Assembly: GCF_016432865.1 (NCBI RefSeq)
Contig: NC_067403.1
Coordinates: 254,944,001 to 255,008,000, forward strand
Reading direction: 5' to 3'
Source of the DNA: Antechinus flavipes
Lineage: Eukaryota
DNA length: 64,000 nt
Part shown: piece after piece, positions 60,220 through 64,000 of the stretch
How the letters are laid out: the number at the start of each line of letters is the position of its first letter
How positions within the stretch are numbered: the first letter of the stretch is position 1
Program-made: the position numbers and the translations under genes
Notes under the pieces: generated by a model
Seen by the model: only the letters and a program-made list of their open reading frames with translations
Told to the model about the DNA's origin: nothing
Database searches by the model: none

Positions 60220-60624
60220 CCCGTGATGAGCTCAGGAGCCCATTGGACTAAGAGGCGGCATAGGGCGACATCCCAGAGCACTCGTAGCCACAGGGCTCCT
60301 GGCATGGCTGGGAAGTGGTCTCTGGCTGGCTTATCTTGGGACCTGGGGAGAGGCTGCTGGGCCTACGTGCTTGGGCAAGGGTAGCCTCAGGCCTCGAGAG
60401 CACCCTTGGGCCCCCTGGTCGCTGGGGAGGAAGGGCTGGAGTCCCTGAAGAAGAGCAACATGGGAAGAAGAGGCGCCTTTGAGGAGAGGGCCCTGAGATG
60501 AAGCTTGCCCGGCTTTGGGCTCCGTTCCCTTCTACGGGAGTCAGCCCTTGTGTGTGAAGCACGTACCTTGGGCGAGCCCCCTTTTCTGTTATTTAAACCT
60601 TGGCTTTGTGTTTGGCAAAACAGG

Positions 60625-60630
60625 AATAAA
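60625..60630 (+). terminator. CCDC88B polyadenylation signal
   Basis: AATAAA ~405 nt after the stop. Confidence 0.75.
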
Positions 60631-61699
60631 GTCTGTGATTGAAGCGAGCTCTGCCTCTGGCCTCTCCCAGACTGTCTGACTGGACACTGGGGTCCCGTTG
60701 GAGGAATGTTTGGTGCTCCAGGACAAGCTCGGCCCCAGTTCCTGGCTATGGACGTGTGGGGGTGTGCCCCGGCACTCACATGTGTGATTGTATGTAGCAT
60801 GTATGTGTGTAGCATGTACATGTGCACGGCATGTGTGTGTGGTGTGCTTGGCGTGTGTGTGGACAGGGCCATCAGGGCGGGACCTAGGTGTGGGCAGGGG
60901 TTTGGCAAGAAGGTTCAGGGCCCTTCCACCCCGGCCCTGAGTGTGAGGGCAAGCCTGACCTGGCAGCTTTTTCTGGCCCATGTTCTGAATTGGCAAAGGG
61001 TCCTTGGTGCGACACAGGGATGGGCCTGGATTCTCCGAGGCCCCGCCAGGTGGGTACAAGCTTGGCCAGGCTCTGTCTTACTGGGAAGAGTTCTGATGGA
61101 CTCCCGGAGACCAGAGAGCACCGGGAGCCCCTTGGCCATGACAACTGGTAGAAGAGGGAAAAATACAGATTGCTGTCAGTCCCCTCTGCCTTTGTGCAGT
61201 GATCAGAAAAGCCCCCAGAGGAGGCTGGGAAATCAGAATTTTCAAACTTGGGTGTCAGCATGCTAAATGGAAACTCTTCGACCAGAGGTCGGGGGCTGCC
61301 CATGAGGCTCAAAACATCACAGCATCACAAGCTTCGAGCCGGGCAGGAGCCTTTCGAGGCCGCTGAGTGGCGTGGTCTCACTTTACGTGTGAGGAAACAG
61401 AGACACATCCAGGCTAAGTGACCTGGAAACTGCTCCCCAGGGGTATTCTCACTAAACCCATCTAGAAGAAAGGAGGAGCTGGAGCTTGGGGGAAGGAAGC
61501 CTCCTAGGCTCTCAGGACAGAGGCCTTGGGGGGGGGGGGGCGTTAATCCTGCATCCAAGGGCAGTAGAACATGATCCTCTCATAAGGAAGAGCTCTGGAC
61601 CAGCATTTGTATCTAGATGGGCATGAAAATAATTGCAGAGGATTACCGTTGTCGCAGAGAATGAGGAAGTAGAAAAATTCCCTGAAGAACTAGAGCTAG

Positions 61700-62270
61700 T
61701 GGGCAGTTAGGTGGCCCAGTGGATAGAGCACAGGCTCTGGAGTCAGGAAGATCCGAGTTCAAATCCAACCTCAGTTTTGACACATATTAGCTGTATGGCC
61801 CCAATGGCCTTAAAACAAACAAACAAAAAGAACTCATTGTAGTCCTGCAAAGCAAGGCAGCGTATAGTCTGCTACTCTATGATCTCAGAATAAAGATGGA
61901 AATAGAGGAGGATGGTGAGAAATACCCCAGAAGGATAAGGTGTAAGATAAGCCATAGAAGGGCAGACTATGGAGGAAGAAACCTCACCTCAAGAGACGAT
62001 GAATGAGCAATTATATTCATGAAAAGTTTCGGTCCAAGGCAATCCCAATGCATTTTGGGTAGAAAATGCCATCTGCATCTAGAAAAAGAATTAAAGAGAC
62101 TGAATATAAATCACTTCATGCTTCTTTTTTTCTGTTTTTTTTTTCTTTTCTGTAGTTTTTCCCTTTTGTTCTGATTTTTCTCTCTCAACATGATTCCTAA
62201 AGAAATGTGTATTTAAAAAGTCACTGTACATGTATAATCAGAAAAAAAAAAAAGAACTAAAAAAAAAAGC
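61700..62270 (+). mobile_element. WSINE1-like SINE followed by an L1 3' end
   Basis: SINE head near 61700; L1 3' UTR motifs and an A-rich tail ending near 62268. Confidence 0.7.
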
Positions 62271-64000
62271 TTAGGGTCTCCACAAGACATGAATCAGCAT
62301 CGAGAACATTCTATTTTAATAAGCGGGAAATGACTCATCACCAACGTGGGAGTCAATTCCTGAACGCACTGTGGTCAAGACCACCAACTTACAAAATTAG
62401 TATAAGGCTAGAAGAAAGAGTAAAAAATGAGAAAAAAAAAGATTTGCCAGGCAATTGAAATAAATCGATCCTGACCCATTCAAACTTTCTACTGAAAACA
62501 AAAAATGAGTCACAGGCAGAAGAAGGGCCATGGGACAGATTATAGTCATTTCATCCAGAAATTCAACTGAAATGAATTAACTACCATATAATCAATGACC
62601 ATAGCAAGAACCTAAAAAAGTACCTTCATGGTCAAAAAATCAGATTGACTTGTTAAGCGGAGCAAGATGGCACCTGAGGTAATGTTGGTTTATAATTTAT
62701 GCTTGTTCACAAAATCTTGTGGGCAATAAAGCAGTTATGGTATTTGTTATATTTTTTTATTATGTAATATATAATATAATAAATACATAACAATATACAA
62801 TTTAAAAATAATCATTATAATAATAAATTATAATTATAGGAGAGAAGCAGAGGTGGGTAAAATCGGTTGAAATTGGGGAATCCAAGTGAGTCAAGTTATC
62901 CTGAAGGCACATAAGGATAGGAACAGAAAGGGGGGCGCAAATAAGCAGAAAAGATCTGCAGAGTTTGTTTTTTTAAATAATTCTTTTCATTAAGGGTAAC
63001 TGAGTCCTCATGCTTGAATTCTAATATCAATTTGGATGTACCTCTAGAGGGGGTAGAATAGCATCAAAGAGAACAAAGACAGGGAAAATCATTGGATTGG
63101 ATCATGTGCACAGAGAGGAAGTCCACATCCCGGTGAGGGTTAGAAGAGATCAATTTACGAGGTATTGGAAAAAGGGAAAGATAACATCATGAAAAAAATC
63201 TTGGCTCTTTTTCATATATTAAAAAAAAAAAAGATGAGCTATGAGATGCTGGTCTCAATCCTCTGTTAAACCTCTGTTAAATGGTTGTTTGTTTATGCCT
63301 GACGGTGACCCTGTTGGGGGTTTTCTTAGCAAAGACACTGAAGTGGTTGGTCATTTCCTTCTCCAGCTCATTTTACAGGTGAGGAAACTGAGGCAAACAG
63401 GATAAAAAACAACAGGTTATTGTCTGGATCCAGGGAGATAAGTCTGCCTGACTCTAGCTCCTGACACTGTGTCTGTTTGGACAAAAACTGCCCTTATGAA
63501 AATTTGTCAAAGAATCTACTGTATGTCTCCTATGACAGTCCCTGACCTTAAGGGGTTTTCAGTAGAACAACATGTAAGTGGGTTAATAAGTACAAAATGT
63601 ATCACATAGGCTGATGGGGTTCCTGAGTTAGTCACTTCCTAGATTCTCTTTTCCTTCAGCGTAGGACGATGGTGAGCTCCAGGCAGGAAGGAACCCCAGG
63701 GTTCAGCCCCTGAGAAACGCTGCTGCAGTCTCTGCAGTCTCCAAATCCTGGCCCCAGAGAAGGGCACCGATGGCATCCTGCCTCCCTGCCCTCCACTTTC
63801 CTAGCCGTGTCCCTACTTGCAAAGGTCATCCCGTCCATCCGAGCGGTGCACAGCCCTGGCCCTGGCTTCCCCTGCTAGACGGGCCACGGAGGCGGGGCTG
63901 GCTCAGGGCAAGGCCTGCACAAATTGGCCGAAGCGCCTTGTGAGTGAGCTGCTCTCCCACAGAGTCGCCCGATATTGGTTTCCGTCCAGATGGCAAGAAG

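Noticed and set aside
60706-61312. Overlapping 140-190 aa ORFs downstream of CCDC88B
   Set aside because: Low-complexity GT-rich and GC-rich sequence, with no splice structure or homology.
63600-64000. Start of RPS6KA4, expected next by synteny
   Set aside because: No recognisable exon or CpG-island promoter before the window ends.

Overview
Eukaryotic genomic DNA from a marsupial, probably dasyurid-like judging by WSINE1-type SINEs, RTE LINE and marsupial L1 3' ends. It is syntenic with the human KCNK4-CATSPERZ-ESRRA-TRMT112-PRDX5-CCDC88B cluster. From splice signals and reading phase I reconstructed: the last 40 codons of KCNK4 (+); CATSPERZ (+, 5 exons, ~213 aa); ESRRA (+, 6 coding exons, 426 aa); TRMT112 (-, 4 exons, 126 aa); PRDX5 (+, 6 exons, 206 aa); and CCDC88B (+, 27 exons, 1475 aa). 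The PRDX5-CCDC88B interval and the large CCDC88B introns are mostly L1, L2, RTE, SINE and LTR debris, with one 135-N gap. No prokaryotic-type system (CRISPR, operon) is present. The main oddities are: (1) a ~47-bp minisatellite that multiplies the CCDC88B exon-17 splice acceptor into nine decoys, all leading to stop codons; (2) a 145-bp mitochondrial ND5 insert with a 17-bp target-site duplication and a fold-back end; (3) an L1 3' transduction polyadenylated at an L2-derived signal; (4) an open upstream frame with a polyalanine tract plus two uORFs in the ESRRA leader; (5) a duplicated 24-bp core 10 kb apart; and (6) an internally palindromic 128-bp AT-rich satellite seeded from L1. Homology calls rest on recalled mammalian sequences, not database searches. 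Repeat boundaries are approximate.
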